From: Ostrea edulis
Lineage: Eukaryota
Direction of reading: 5' to 3'
Length of the DNA: 64,000 nucleotides
Assembly: GCF_947568905.1 (NCBI RefSeq)
Contig: NC_079171.1
Span: 47,678,001-47,742,000, forward strand
A program made the position numbers and the translations under genes. The first letter of the stretch is position 1. Each line of letters begins with the position of its first letter. The notes under the pieces are model-generated. The model made no database searches. It was given only the letters and a program-made list of their open reading frames with translations, and was not told where the DNA came from. Shown piece by piece: positions 1 through 14,032 of this stretch.

Positions 1-187
1 AAGAAAAACGAAAATGATTAAATGCCCACATTTTCTTTATAGAAATACCTGTATTTTCCGTATACATTTTAAATTAGATGTACATGTACTTTTTTTAAAT
101 AAACGAACTGCACTAAAACCTTTAGATCAGATGACCGATATTATATAATTGCACATGTCTTTACCAGCAATTATTCAACAACCTCAG

Positions 188-397
188 AAAAACATGCGAC
201 ATTTCTTCAACAACACTCACGTAAGCTAGGGAGGAGAGAGACTTTGTTTTAATAGAGGATAATACTCGGTGCTGAATTGGCTGTCTTGAAACTGTAGAGG
301 ACATTTAAGAGTCTGGAAATATGTATATGTAACCGTGCGTCTGTCACCGAATGAATTCTTCCTGGGTAACTGTGTGATCAGCAGTGCTGAGGAATAG
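188..397 (+). CDS. Possible two terminal exons of an upstream gene (188-220, 298-397)
   Basis: AG/GTAAG-bounded segments splice to KTCDISSTTLTGHLRVWKYVYVTVRLSPNEFFLGNCVISSAEE*; no family recognised. Confidence 0.22.
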
Positions 398-547
398 GTA
401 AGGTGATTTATGTTTATATATACTAGCGGAAGAAAGACATTGTGTAGTTTAGTAATTCTATTTATAGATTTATATACAAAATACTGTGTTCCACTGTGTA
501 TATCATTATTTGATATATTTTTTTAATTATTTTTTAATGCAAACAAC

Positions 548-565
548 ATATGAGAGAGAGAGGCG

Positions 566-621
<56 letters not shown>
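548..621. repeat. Microsatellites: (CA)n(GA)n here; others at 6675-6733, 12424-12500, 13972-14033, 14278-14330, 17125-17156, 17505-17542, 18836-18877, 24592-24632, 26648-26714, 34132-34176, 34640-34685, 59575-59622
   Basis: Direct dinucleotide runs. Confidence 0.97.
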
Positions 622-625
<4 letters not shown>

Positions 626-1195
626 GGGGGCACAGAGAAATATTGTTTAATATCAGAACGACCTGTCCGTATTTCAAGACATACGAAATAATTTGTATCA
701 GATGACAAAAAGAGTAAATGATCACCATATTACTAAAGATCACGTAAAAATAAAAAATATCGCTATATGGATTTTACATCAATAGACTCTCACGTCACTT
801 CCAACTTGCATAATAGCCATGCTGGAGTTCATATCTTAATATTTTATCTTATTCATAGCCGAGGAAATTTCATGCAAATAACATTCTAAAGTTCGCTTCA
901 CAGTAAACAATACGTGTATGATTATATTCATACGTCAGGATCGAATGATTCGTCAAATATTTGAGAGAGGAGCGGGTGTTAATCAAGTCTCAAGATAAAT
1001 GTGTTTTACACCCCCTCCCCTTTTGAACAGTGCCCATGTGCATCTTACATTAGTTAATGTACATTCCATTTTCCACAATAAAATATATCGAAATAATTAT
1101 TTCTGCGACAACTCACCAAAGCTCATTTTATGTGTGATCATTTTGAAAATTTCTCAAATCAAAATATATTCGCGAAGAACTATCGACAGTAACAG

Positions 1196-1227
<32 letters not shown>

Positions 1228-2235
1228 GGGCTTACTTAGTTTATATAAATAAACGTCAAACGTGAAATTTGAGTTTTAAATACACTTTTTGTATATTCAA
1301 CTTCATAAAATAAAAAAATAAAATAGGCATACATATTCATCTTATTTGCAATTAGAACACAAACACAGGTATATTTAAACACAACACATCCCCTACATTC
1401 CTCGCCCTTGTGCCATTCGACAAAGTCAGCTTGTATATGATTTTGAAAAATATATATAATTGGCAAAATTTAATGAGATGGATGGAGGGGCTCAGAATCC
1501 TCACCTCTGTTTAATCCGTCCGCAAGTTTTAAAAAGAAAAATTATTCCAATTTTATGTCTGCATATTATTCAACATGCACCAGGTTTGAAAACAAGAAAA
1601 TGAGCATAGTAAAAATTCTCAAATATATTTTTTTTTATCTTTTTCCCCTAATATATAAAAATATGAAATGCATATTTTGTAAATGCACGAAAACTGTCTC
1701 AGGAGATACAAGTAAAAAAAAAAGATTTGGAATGAAATTATTTTGAAATGAATTCTAATATTTTTATGGCTTCGAAGCCTGGTCGCACATAGGGGATCCC
1801 CCCCCCCAAAAAAAAAAAACATTTCAAATCTTGTCGTCCAGAGAATATCGCTTCATTTGGATACTGGTACATAAATCCAGCGTCGGAACTCAGGAAATAG
1901 ATAACACAATCTTCTCCCACCACGCGCCTCACACAACAGTAGGGTAAACACAAATAAATTTCAACTTCCTTGTCGGTGTGTGTTGCCCGAACCCTGGATG
2001 TTGTGAAAACGTTGTGTATCCGTGTATGTTCACTGAACGGTAAGATCATTTGCTCGGTATTAATGCAATCAATTAAGTTGTATAATTATGACCTTATACA
2101 GGTATGTCCCCTTCATTGTGAGATAGTGTTGATTGTAGATATATGTATGCACATGGAGTTTAATTGAATCCTTGAAATAATTATGTAAATATCTATGTTG
2201 AGAATTTTAAGGAAACATTTCTCCGTACATCTCAC

Positions 2236-2593
2236 AGGTGCTTGTGGACAAGACTTCCGGTACCCCCCTTATTTTATTTTTAAATGTTCAATTCCTTGGG
2301 TATTTCGGACGTATTTTGGATAAAATATGTAACTTCAGAGTTTATCTATTTCAATGGAATACACAAATCTCGCATAGAAACCGTTTTTAAAAATGTCATA
2401 TCACCGATATATTATGATCGGTGATATGACATTTTTAAAAACGGTTTCTATGCGAGATTTGTGTATTCCATTGAAATAGATAAACTCTGAAGTTACATAT
2501 TTTATCCAAAATACGTCCGAAATACCCAAGGAATTGGAACATTTAAAAATAAAAGAAGGGGGGTACTACCGGAAGTCCTATCCACAAACACCT
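2236..2593. repeat. Foldback palindrome, ~175-bp arms, 8-nt loop (2409-2416)
   Basis: Inner ~125 bp of the arms appear perfectly complementary. Confidence 0.92.
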
Positions 2594-2977
2594 TTGGTAC
2601 ATCTAGGTACACGTATATGATCTTTACAAACACTTGCCCAGCATGGCCTATCAAACTAAACTAGACCTACGATTTGATCATTTTGCAATATCCCGTGGAA
2701 GTTTATTCAGTAGATGAATATTGAATGGTAATACAAATAAATGTTCATTAACATTAATTATCATCATTAAAATCAGATATAAAGTTTTATATATCATTAA
2801 TGCACATCTTAGACATGGTCAATACACTATAATATTATCATTCATTATAATCGCTACATACCCATATGTACTGAACAGAGTTACTGTCTGTACCTTTTGA
2901 ATAATATTGTTTCTTGTATGAAATTGATACAATTAGTGTATACCAATACAACTTGTCCACATGTAGTTGACTATAGA

Positions 2978-3129
2978 TAGATAGGGCTCACGGCGGGTGT
3001 GATCAGTCAACAGGGGATTCTTACACCTAGATACCTTATCCCATCTTTGGTGTGTCCAGGGGTCCGTGTATGCCCTACTCTTAATTTTGTGTATGATATT
3101 TGTCACTGTTCGTTCTCTTCATCTTTTCA
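2978..3129 (+). repeat. Short 3'-end fragment of the same PLE family; further copies at 10073-10183(-), 32670-32785, 33908-34047, 40250-40500, 43030-43085(-), 52345-52425(-), 53960-54305, 56610-56710(-)
   Basis: GGGGATGCTTACTCCTCCTAGGCACCTGATCCCACCTCTGG...GGGTCCGTGTTTGCCC...GAGATTGATCACTGTTCGTTATC variants. Confidence 0.85.
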
Positions 3130-3361
3130 TTAAGTCAGTAAGCTATTCTTAAATTTTACAATCAACAACCTCCTTTCGTTTCAGGGGAATTGCATTTGAA
3201 AACCTGGTTCCTATTATTTTTTGTATTGTGCCTACAGTCGCTCAGTCAGATGCACCACTGGTAGTATATATACGATGTGGTTATATTTTGTCATGGTTTA
3301 AATCCACTTCACACCATACTTATTTTGTATTTCACATTTCCAACACTTGTATTTCTTATCA

Positions 3362-3585
3362 TGCCTCCGTGGTCGAGTGGTTAAAGCACCGCGCTCAAAA
3401 TCACACGGCCTCTTACATCTGTCGGCGCGGGTTTGAATCCCACTCGCGCCGGTTATTGAGAAAGTGTCCCAGTTTACTTTCGGAAGGTTCCGAAAGTCTC
3501 CTCCCATGTATATCGTATCTGGGTTCTCTCTTCCACCAATAAAAACTGAAAATTTGTTGAGTGTGGCGGAAAACACCAATCAATC
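3362..3585 (+). mobile_element. tRNA-derived SINE, same family as 46562; fragments also at 14748-14770 and 19545-19670
   Basis: GCCTCCGTGGTCGAGTGG...GGTTTGAATCC...TTCCACCAATAAAAACTG...GTGTGGCGGAAAACACCAATCAATC. Confidence 0.85.
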
Positions 3586-4679
3586 TTATATGTATATTTC
3601 AATGATTCAATGATCTACTTGAAAAGAAAATGTAAATCCACTCTTTATATTAAATGCATTAAAACTGTTAATTATCTGCCAGACATAATCAAGTGTACCT
3701 ATACCGGCCGTGGTCGACACTCATTCAATCAATCAAGGACAGGGACAATTTATTCTGTATTACTCGACGAAAGTACATGTGCGACCCCCCCCCCCCCCCT
3801 CAAAATGCCATACTAGAATTTTTCAGAACGTTTTTGAGATCAAAGTTCTTTCGTAGGTGGTACCGAAGAATCGGTGCATTTTATTACTGGATAAAGATGC
3901 ACATTTTATTACTATTTCTGTTTTATTGTTACCAGAAAGAATGTCTTGTAGATTAAATATATATCAAGTAGGGATCGATTTAGTCCGAAAGCAATTAAGA
4001 CCAAATATACACCATGCTATAATATACTATAGAAATATGTCCCATTATTCAGAGTTCAAAATGCGTAAAGTACATGCATCCTTTTTGTTAGAGGTCTATT
4101 AAACATTCACGTCTACGGTATTGAAAAACAATCGGTTGTATTTCCCGAGCCTTATAGGTGACAATCTAGGACGATTATGGGTGAACTTTTAGTGCAAACT
4201 AAAACCAGATTTTTTTGTTAGCCAGAATGGATTCCAATTTATGAACAAATACACGTCACTTCCTCGATCTCATTTGATGATATTCATGGTGATTTTCTGT
4301 GTACCAAACTTGTTTATCATTCGTATTACATTTCATCAGGGCTGGGTTTACTTTGGAAGCAAAATGAATAGTAAAACTGCCAAACCACTCCAAATACAAG
4401 CTACTTTAACGAATACTTCCTAGTTTGAGTTCTGCAAGATAAAAAAAAAGTCTTCAAGATTTAAAGCCATGACTTATTTAAAACAAATCTTAAAGTGCAG
4501 TGTGCGTCCCCTTTTAAGCCAAGTCCTATGTATTTTAACCTGCACCTTCCTTTTTCACATATTTCATTTTTATTTCTGTTACTTTGAAGAAGAGAAATTT
4601 TATTCATGGAAGTAAAGAGAACAAGAAATCAATAGGAATAGAATAAAAATATGTTTAAATTGACTACACTAATACAATA

Positions 4680-5080
4680 AACGTCTGTATAAAATGACAA
4701 CAAAATTAAATTAACATCTGCATAAAATAACAACAGAATGAAATAAAAATATGTATAAAATGACAACAGAATAAAATAAAAATCTATCGAAATTGACAAC
4801 ACAAATAAAATAAACATCTGTATAAAATGACAACAGAAACAAAATAAAAATCTGTATAAAATGACAACAGAAATAAAATAAAAATCTGTATAAAATGACA
4901 ATATTCAAAAAATGTAAGTAACATAAACGACTGTATAGAATGACAACAAAAATAAAATAAAAATCAGTATAAAATGACAACAGAATAAAAAAGAAGAAAA
5001 GAAATCTGCATATAGTGACAACGGAAAATGTGTCCAAAATGACAACACCAAATGACAACCGAAAAGGAATCGACATAAAA
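4680..5080. repeat. A-rich minisatellite, ~33-34-bp unit
   Basis: GTATAAAATGACAACAGAA(A)TAAAATAAAAATCT repeated about 11 times. Confidence 0.9.
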
Positions 5081-5576
5081 TTAAGGTATTACGCACTCCC
5101 TAAAAATAAGACACACCCTAAAATATAAAACCCCCTTAACATAAGACACACTCTCCCTAGAAATGAAATGTAATACTGATATATACACTATTTACAATAC
5201 TGCTGCAGACACCGATAAGTGCTATTAGCATACAATTTGTAGATGTACCTGATATCACAACACGGCCTTCTAAGTGCAGGTTTGGCAATAAAGATAAGTG
5301 TGGACATTGTAAACTTCATCATTTCCTTAAGACTCGAATTAACCACTGCGTACATTTAAGCTTTCAAATATCACGTGCAGTATATTGGACTGGTAGTGTC
5401 AAAGACGGAAATGTGTAAGCTACGCTTGTAATGATATTTCAGGTATCGGAGTTTTACATTTAACCCTGGGTAAGATGGCTATCTGTAAAATGTACGAAAA
5501 CGGAATAAAATGTTAAAAGAGATTTAAGAGGTTGGTGCGTATCGATAATACAGACACTTTGCATGTAAAATACCAG

Positions 5577-5620
5577 TATATAAAGCTGGTCCTGTTGTCC
5601 GTCTCGCTGTCTGTAGAGGT
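5577..5620 (+). promoter_or_regulatory. Putative TATA box and very short non-coding first exon of the PTP gene
   Basis: TATATAAA 5577-5584 and GT donor 5619; paralog has TATATAA 58705-58711 and GT at 58746 with the same spacing; coding exon 1 is preceded by an acceptor, so an upstream exon is expected. Confidence 0.45.
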
Positions 5621-6675
5621 ACATCTCGATGTGTTATCTGTGTATCAATGTACATGTTTTCACGAAATCTGCTATTAAGTGGAGAATACATAACACATAT
5701 GAAACGTGTACAACATAGGTCATACGACAGAATTAAGGATAGCACTGAAGGGAGCGCTTATATTTATATTAAAAGAGGGGGAACAATCAACAACTTCTTA
5801 ACTAACCATGTATTGTAATTAAAATCCGTGGATAATTATATTTAACGGGAGATGCAAAAAAATAAATAAAATAAAAACACCTGTAAAATCATTAACAACA
5901 TCACAAGAAGGACCACGATTTCATCAAGATTTTTATTTTTCTTTCTGTTTTTTTTTTTTTTTTTATTATTTAAAAACAAATTTAACACATAATGTCATGA
6001 CAGTAAGTATTTGTTTTATAAATTGCGGAAGTGTATTTGGGAAAAATGTAGCTTTAACACCTGATTTTCAGATAAGAATCATAGGTACATTTGTGAAGGT
6101 CAACAGTATTAAGGAAGAATAAGCTGTCAAATTCATGTTACCAAAATGACCAAAACTGTTTTTACAGTCCATACAAATCATCACTGACATATAAAAATTC
6201 ATATATCTCGCGATCTTTTGTTGTAATTTTGAAATTGGAAATTCTTTCTTTTATATCAAAACAATTATATGAATATATATCATTGATTGTGATTGAAGTT
6301 TACACATGTTGTTATTTTCACTCTCACATTTGTTTTTATATATTTTCAAACACATTCCAGCATTTTAATCAGAGTTCAAAATAAAAACACAAGTTTCTTT
6401 TTATGTCCTTGTTGACAGTAAATGCCCCTTTATCCATGCGTTGTAAACCAATAACATTTCACTATAGGTATGAAAAATTAACAACGTATTTTATTAAATC
6501 ATTACAGCTTTTGAAGTTTGAAGTGCATCGTGTGCAACTGCACGACCACGTGGCATCAAAATTTGTTATATCAATAAAAATATCTATACTTCGAGTCCAA
6601 GTCATAAATCGCTGGACTCCGTGTGAACGTTAAGGTGTAGACTAATCTGCAACTGTTTGGACAATATGACGGCAA

Positions 6676-6737
<62 letters not shown>

Positions 6738-6798
6738 AAGGTCGGAAGTAAATTTTGAAATTTCACTTCTTTTGTAGATCGAGTGAAGAAATGTTAGC

Positions 6799-6853
6799 AT
6801 GATTCTCTTCGTCAGCCAGTTTATGCTTCTTGTAACATGCATAAGAGCGTATG
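6799..6853 (+). CDS. PTP exon 1: signal peptide [18 protein letters not shown]
   Basis: Hydrophobic N-terminus; AG acceptor at 6776-6777 upstream, GTAAG donor at 6854; near-identical exon in paralog at 59507. Confidence 0.88.
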
Positions 6854-9800
6854 GTAAGATTAAACCATCTTTCTTCAAATTTTATGACATAAGGGTAGTT
6901 TTCCTTCTAGGTACATGTATGATATATAGAGGATATCTATATTGCATGTTTTGATATTTGGTTTATCCAACGAGTTGATGTGGTGTATTTATTCGCGAAG
7001 CTTGTCGAGCGAATTAATACACAATATCAACGAGTTGGATAAACCAAAATATCAAAACACGTAATATAGATGTTCTATTTATCTCATACGTCTTCATTTT
7101 GCTTAATTTTGAGATGATCCTCAGTACGGTAGAAACAGCTGATTGAATTTGTTTTGAATCCGTGGCACAGGTGTCGTACTTATTAATCTTCCTTACGAGG
7201 TAAAAATAGCGCGCTTATAAACGATTCGGGTATATTACAAAAGGGCATTTTTATAAAAGAAACCATGGAACAAAATTGAATTAGAAGGCATTATAGTTTA
7301 TAATTCAAAATAATTTTGCTATTCCAACAAGATAACAACTATTGACCGAGTAATTATTTTTTGACGTAGGCCTGACATTCTGATAAAAGTTTGAAGTTGC
7401 CGTTTTTTTTAAATAAACATGTGTAACAACGATCAATGAAAGTATCTTTTTCAATGCTACGTTATTAGAATGTTTAACGGTTTACAATGAAAAGTAGTAG
7501 TGTTTGTGTATTTGGATTTTATTCATGTTGTTTTTTGAGATCTGAGGGCGAGAGGAAATCCTGAAGCACTTAAGCAAGTAAAGCTGTTGAGATTTATTTC
7601 ATTTAATATGTCTCCAGAGAAAAGAGACTGTGAATGCTTGGTACCACGACGTAATTTCGATTAGGCCTTCCAGTTAAGGCCTTCCAGTTGGCGGTTGATT
7701 CCTTGTCGATGATAATAGACTTAGTGTGGACATCACTTTGTTTTCTGATGGTAATTCTTGAGTAGACTCTACATCTACTTATTGACCGAGTTGACATTTT
7801 AATGACCGTTAACTTACAATATGGCAGTGGGGGCAATATCATTATACTTTTGTTATAAAAGACATTCTAAATAAATACAGAATGACAAGTTATACACTTT
7901 ATTTTATGCATCGATATGCATAAACACAAAATGGGTCATACAGGTGGGGACAGTGTTTAAAAGTAGTTCGGACCGGAAGTGCTTTATCTCACTTGCAATA
8001 CACACAACGCGTATGGGATAAATGTAAATATCGCGTGGCTGTGTCATACGCAAACTGTATTCGAATACGAGTTATTTTTTAACCATATTCACATATTTTA
8101 GCTAGTGGCAGAATGACATGCCCAGGATGAAGCTATGTCATTCAGTAAACCGAAAGAGGACTAAATGGTTACAGAACTCTGTCATTCAGTCACCTTACCA
8201 GACCTTTTAGTGAACATTCAGTCGACTGAATGGCACCGTTTCAATATGTGGTGTCTCTAGATATAGAAAAGGAGCGAAACCGTTGGCTGTCCTTTCCCGT
8301 GTTACATTGTTTTATTGTTTCAATTGACAGATAATAGATGTAATAAAAATATAAACAAAGTAGTATAATGTTGAAGATATACGAAGGAAAACTCTTTTAG
8401 AACATAGTTCATATAAGGCACATAAAATGAAATGTACAAAAATGTTACAGTTCACAGGGTCCCTATCTGTATGTTAATTACTATTTGAATTTGCATACAT
8501 TTGTTAGTAAACAGGGGGGGGGAGGGTCAACAACATTCATTGGTACTAAGAATAGGTGGTTTGCTGCTACGACCCTGAGAGAAATGCGTTGATAAAAATT
8601 GTGGCATTTCACTCAAAGCTGTTAAGGTCTCTACATAGCGATAAATACTGAAATGGGAAGTAAGCCAATATAATTCCAATGTTATTCATTACAATTGTTT
8701 TCATTGGACAAAGATAAATCTAAACGGGAATTTACACATCAATAAATCCAAAAACGCTATATGTATACATACGCGCTTGAAAACAAACAACATAGTGCGG
8801 GGAAATTGTTCAAATTATTGAAGTTGATAATACAGGGAACGAATTGGAATTATAAGAATCAAACATTCTTTTCGAAGAATCTATCGATGTGTAAACTCTG
8901 GACATTTTACTCACAAACTTAACATAAAAGTGCTTCGCCCTTTTATTCATGATCAGTTTGTGAGTAAAATGTCCAGAGTTTACACATCGATAAATTCTTC
9001 AAAAAGAATGTCTAATTCTATAATACAAACAAACAAATAATCGGTAGTAGCATTTTGCATCAAAGATATTGAAAGCGGAGCAGAAAGTGAATTTTATGTA
9101 TTGTGCAAATTGTCAAACAACTTTGCAAATAAATGCATAAATTATGAATTTAAAAACAAAACGTTTGGAAAATGACTAAAAATGAATTAAAATAGATGTA
9201 TAGGCAATCTTAAAACATTCATGGGATATGCAGAAGATTTAACGTATTGTCTTTGACATCAATGTAGTTGCTGATGCATTTAATTTAGATTATTGCAGTG
9301 TTCCCTTTATGTGTGAATTCTTCCACTCACACGATATCCTCGACATAAAGCCATTAGAAATTACACCTTACAATGTATATCTTTAAAAGAAACCTAAAAC
9401 TGAATTGATCTTCAGTTTTCCTAAATGTAGAAAATTTAGCACTACGGAGACCAGCATGGCAGCAAAGTGAGTATCCTGATAGAGACTGGGGAGCAGAGAA
9501 GGCAGTTGACGGAAAATACACTGACCGCTCATCAGGAGGAAACCAATGTACTATATCTAATAATGGTCAAACAACAGCGATGTGGAGAGTGAACCTGGAG
9601 AGTGTGGTCAGCATCAGCCATATTGACATCTACTACAGGACGGACAAATTGCCGAGTAAGTATATACATGTACCCAGTCGGGTATTTTTGCATATCCTTG
9701 TATGTGAATCCTATGACTTCTGACGGAGACTGTTGCCATTGGGTTTACTATTGTTTGAGAATATTTTGAATGACTAAAGCTGTATAATTGCATTGTATAT

Positions 9801-12424
9801 GATATTCGACCATTTGAGGAGCAATCTATATATAAGAATCATAAAGGAAGTGAATTATTGATAAAGGTTTCATACGAAAGTTACTGTGAAGTAGTGTTTG
9901 ATACACACACATACATGTAGTACACGATATATCAAAACTGTATTATCGCGTTTCTTTCATGTATAACACATGCTTTCAAATTAATTCTGATCAAAATATT
10001 TCACTGCAATAAGTGCACACATCTATGTGTGGTAAATTAAAAGACTAAAACCAATGAAAAGCAACACTTTCCATGAAAGGTGACGATAACGAACAGTGAT
10101 CAATCCCATAACTCCTATAAACAAAAAAATACATAGTTGGACAAACACGGACCCCTAGACACAGCAGAGGTGGGATCGGGTGCAACAACCATATGTTTGT
10201 ACGTGGAATTGAATAGCCCAAATCATTAAAAAAAAATGAATTATCTTTGATTGTTAGGAAATGATACTTTAAAAAAGAAAGCTTTTATATGTAGAAAGGT
10301 TGTCCTTATATAAACCATTAGTTTAACGACCATCAAATATGTTTTCTAATTATCTGGTTACATGTAGAATCTTACATCACAATAGTGTAATGCGTATATA
10401 TATGAACTAGCATGTCAGAGCCATTTTCGCGGGCACCGAATATGGGGATTTCATATACAAACGTAGAAAATACGACACATACATGAAACACAAAAAAAAA
10501 AAAAAAAAAAAAAACCAACCGAAAACACGCTCACAAACATGCACGTATATAACACACACATATTTACGATACGCGATGGCCATTAAAATATGACAACGAC
10601 TGCCAGTCGAGAATTTTTCAATCATAAGGAGACGTCACCAAGACCGGTGAAGGGCTTCCAATTTAGGCCTTTGTTTGACGCTTACGGCCATTGAGCAGTG
10701 AGGATTCTTTAGCGTGCCACACCTACTGTGACACGGGACATCCGTTTTTAAGGTCATCTCAGAGGATATGTTACATTCACACCTGATGCCGAGCATTTGG
10801 TGATATAGATAGATAGATAGAAATATTGAAAATCAGAATGACACATTCCATAAAAAACAATCATTTACTGCTAGCGCTTTCTCCATGTCTACATGGTTCA
10901 TCAGGCAGTTCAAATATACAAACATTGTTTAGTAACGTCTTTGTTATGACGTCAGTTAACCAAGTCCTCTATGACGTCATAACGTTGACCGGTAGCGTTT
11001 GGTAATTGTCTATAATTCCCACATATTTTGTAAAAATATTATGCTAAATTGTAGTTCAATTGTTCAAATAATTATTTTCTATTAAGCCTTGGATTAAGGC
11101 TTGGATTAAAAAGTTTAATAAAATAGTCCTCGTTGGTTTTGCGAGTTATTTCATTTTCAGTCCACATTTTAAAGAACGGGAACACTTTAAATTTACCACC
11201 GCCGTATTCCGCAAAATGTTCACTACATGGGGTGTTCCGCACACTAGGATCTTTAATTTGTTGTTTATGCACCCTAACTCGCTCATTCAGTTTGTTCGTT
11301 TGTCCTATGTCTCCACAAGTTGGGCAAGTGGCACAGTAAATAAGATTCTCAGATTTACAGTTCATGTTGGCATTGACTTTCAATATTTTCCCGGATTTTA
11401 AAGTTATGGAATCACCCTCTTCTATTTATTAGCACGTTCCGCAACGTGTGCCATCACATTTTTGACGTATTTGACTTTATTCATATATATTATATATATA
11501 AAGAATAGCACATACCCATTTCCATATCACACCCTGTATCAGCCCGAGACACCAATATCAGCCAGAGGGTCGAAGGCCTGAGGGCTGATATTGGTCGAGG
11601 GCTGATACAGGGTGTGGTATGGAAATGGGTATGTTTTATTATGTTTATTACATACTTAGTAAAAACATACAAAATATGTCTACTTGAACAAATAAAACGT
11701 AATCAACATTGACAAGAACTCATATTACATGTACTTATATCTTTGTTACAATATTGATGTTCATGAAGATTTTTGTCTGAAAAATAACGATTTACACTCC
11801 CTTGAATTGACTTCAGTGTATCGGATTCATATCTCTCCCCATTTGATTTCTTTACATTCATAAAATATCTCGCAAGATGCATATCTAAGTCCCCGACCGG
11901 GATTTCCTCTGGTTTTCTCAATTTGTTACTCTTTCTTAGGTAAGTAGTAAATTTCCTTAAATCCGAATCAGTTTTCCTACTTGTGTTCGCATTTTTTAGT
12001 TCCTTATCAAAGTCAAAAGTACATTTATCCCCAGTATCTTCATGGTCATTCTGTGTGTCGGTCCCTGTGTCAGTAGGCACGGGCACAATTTTAAGGACTT
12101 AGGTCTGTGGGTTGCACCGATTCTAAATCCATCGTAATACAGTAAGAATTTTCACCAACATCAGCGGTATTTAATTCACACATATATTTGAGTTCGATTA
12201 ATCTGTTTGCCCGCGATTCAAAAGTATTTTCTCTTCCTTCATGTTCGTCCATGTTCATGTTGCCTATGTTCGTCTGCAAAATATTGAAGCGGAAAAAACC
12301 AGAGGAGTTCCGGATAGAGGGGTTCCGCAAGGGGGTCTGATACGGATATGCAGGGCTGGTACGGGTATTGTAAAGTAACCTGTATTGCATATGCAAAAGA
12401 AACCTGTATTTATTACTAAGTATG

Positions 12425-12504
<80 letters not shown>

Positions 12505-13966
12505 TCAGTACCCCCTTGCTTGTGGTAAGAGACGACTAAATGGGAGCGGTCCTTCGGATGAGATCGCAAAAACCGAGGTCCCGTCTCACAGCAGGTGTGG
12601 CACGATAAACACCCCTACCTGTTCAATGGCCATAAGCGCCGAGATAGGCCTAAATTTTGCAGCCTTTCACCGACAGTGGTGACGTCTCCATATGAGTGGA
12701 ATAAACAATATTCAATCCATCAATTTTTTTTTTCGGAGTTAAATTTAAAAACACTTTCTAGAAATATTTCGACCGTGTATCTGCTGTAGCAACTTACAAA
12801 GTCTACATACACAAAAGTACTATGACGTCACAGTATGTATTATACAATTGAGAAAAAAAAGTCAAAGTTGATATTCTGCGAAGAACATTTGAAAGGGTAA
12901 GAATCTAATAATAAAATGAACAATACTAACCAGATCTCGTGGACACATTCTAAAATATGACTATGCGTACAATTAAATATTTGGGAAATAATGTAGCAAC
13001 ATTTTAGAAATAGTTAACATCTGGCCTAAGTGAATACAAACGAGAACTATTACAGAAGTAGTTTACTCGTAAATTTGTTAAAATCAGTTATTATAACACG
13101 TTCTTTGCATACAAGACATTAATTATTAAAGACAAAAATGTTCCCTTTTCTTTATTCCGAATGGTACAGAAGTATTCATTTTTTCTTTCATAAATTTTCT
13201 CTAAAGCTAAGATAAATGTCATATTTGTAAAGTTTTTCTATTCCTATTATAGAATAATCGTCAATACTAAGAAAATCTGTATAGAAATGAATAGCAACAG
13301 GGTCATCAGTTTCTCGTCTAAAAATAACAAATTCAAAACATGCCTTTGGTATAAAGTTACCGCAGTTTCTCCCATATATATACAAATTTGTAGCATTTTT
13401 GAAACACTACATAAACTACATTGCCGGATTTACAATCGATATAATTTTTAATACAATATTGTGACACTTTTTATTATATACCCATCAATGTATCGTTCGT
13501 TGATACTGTGGATTTCACAGCGTGTGATCCGGTTTTCCGGATCACCACACTGTGGTTTTCTGATTCCGTATCAGTATCCTCTGAAACTGATGCCGTCACA
13601 ATGACGTCACAATGTAACAACGCAGCGTTATTTGTGGAAAATATTGACCGCGTCACAAAACAAAACTACGTATACAAAACATAATTTCATGGTATGTCTG
13701 TGTTTTTGATAATTTGGATTACATTTATCATCATATAAATGTGGATTTAAAATGCAGAATGGGGTATAAAATAAATTTATCATTACTACAGTAACTTGAT
13801 CCGAAGAGTTGGATCACGTCTCGTTGACAGGCGCGGATCATCAGATCAAACTCGACGCTTCGCGTCTCGTGTGATCTGATGATCCGCGCCTGTCAACTCG
13901 ACGTGATCCGACTCTTCGGATCAAGTTACTGTAGTAATAATATATATGGATCTTGAGTGTTGTTGG

Positions 13967-14032
<66 letters not shown>

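Noticed and set aside
523-743. ORFs rich in SLSL/CVCV/YIYI/RERE (also 6642, 12264, 13841, 14114, 26545, 33894, 59436)
   Set aside because: Translations of dinucleotide microsatellites.
3362-3450. tRNA genes (also 17382, 34852, 46562, 62390)
   Set aside because: A/B boxes are present but cloverleaf acceptor and anticodon arms do not pair, and SINE bodies or repeats follow.
4241-4423. 60-aa ORF retained at identical length in the paralog (57427-57609)
   Set aside because: Differences are largely amino-acid changing with no synonymous bias by eye, and there are no splice or domain features. Better read as conserved non-coding DNA; a dN/dS test over more paralogs would settle it.
4629-5096. Hydrophobic Phe/Ile-rich ORFs resembling membrane proteins
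   Set aside because: Reverse-strand reading of the A-rich minisatellite.
7603-7842. ORF with faint resemblance to a GIY-YIG C-terminal tail
   Set aside because: No diagnostic motif; too weak without a profile search.
13782-13938. Hammerhead suggested by CTGATGA at about 13876
   Set aside because: No GAAA half-core or three-way junction; it is simply part of the palindrome arm.
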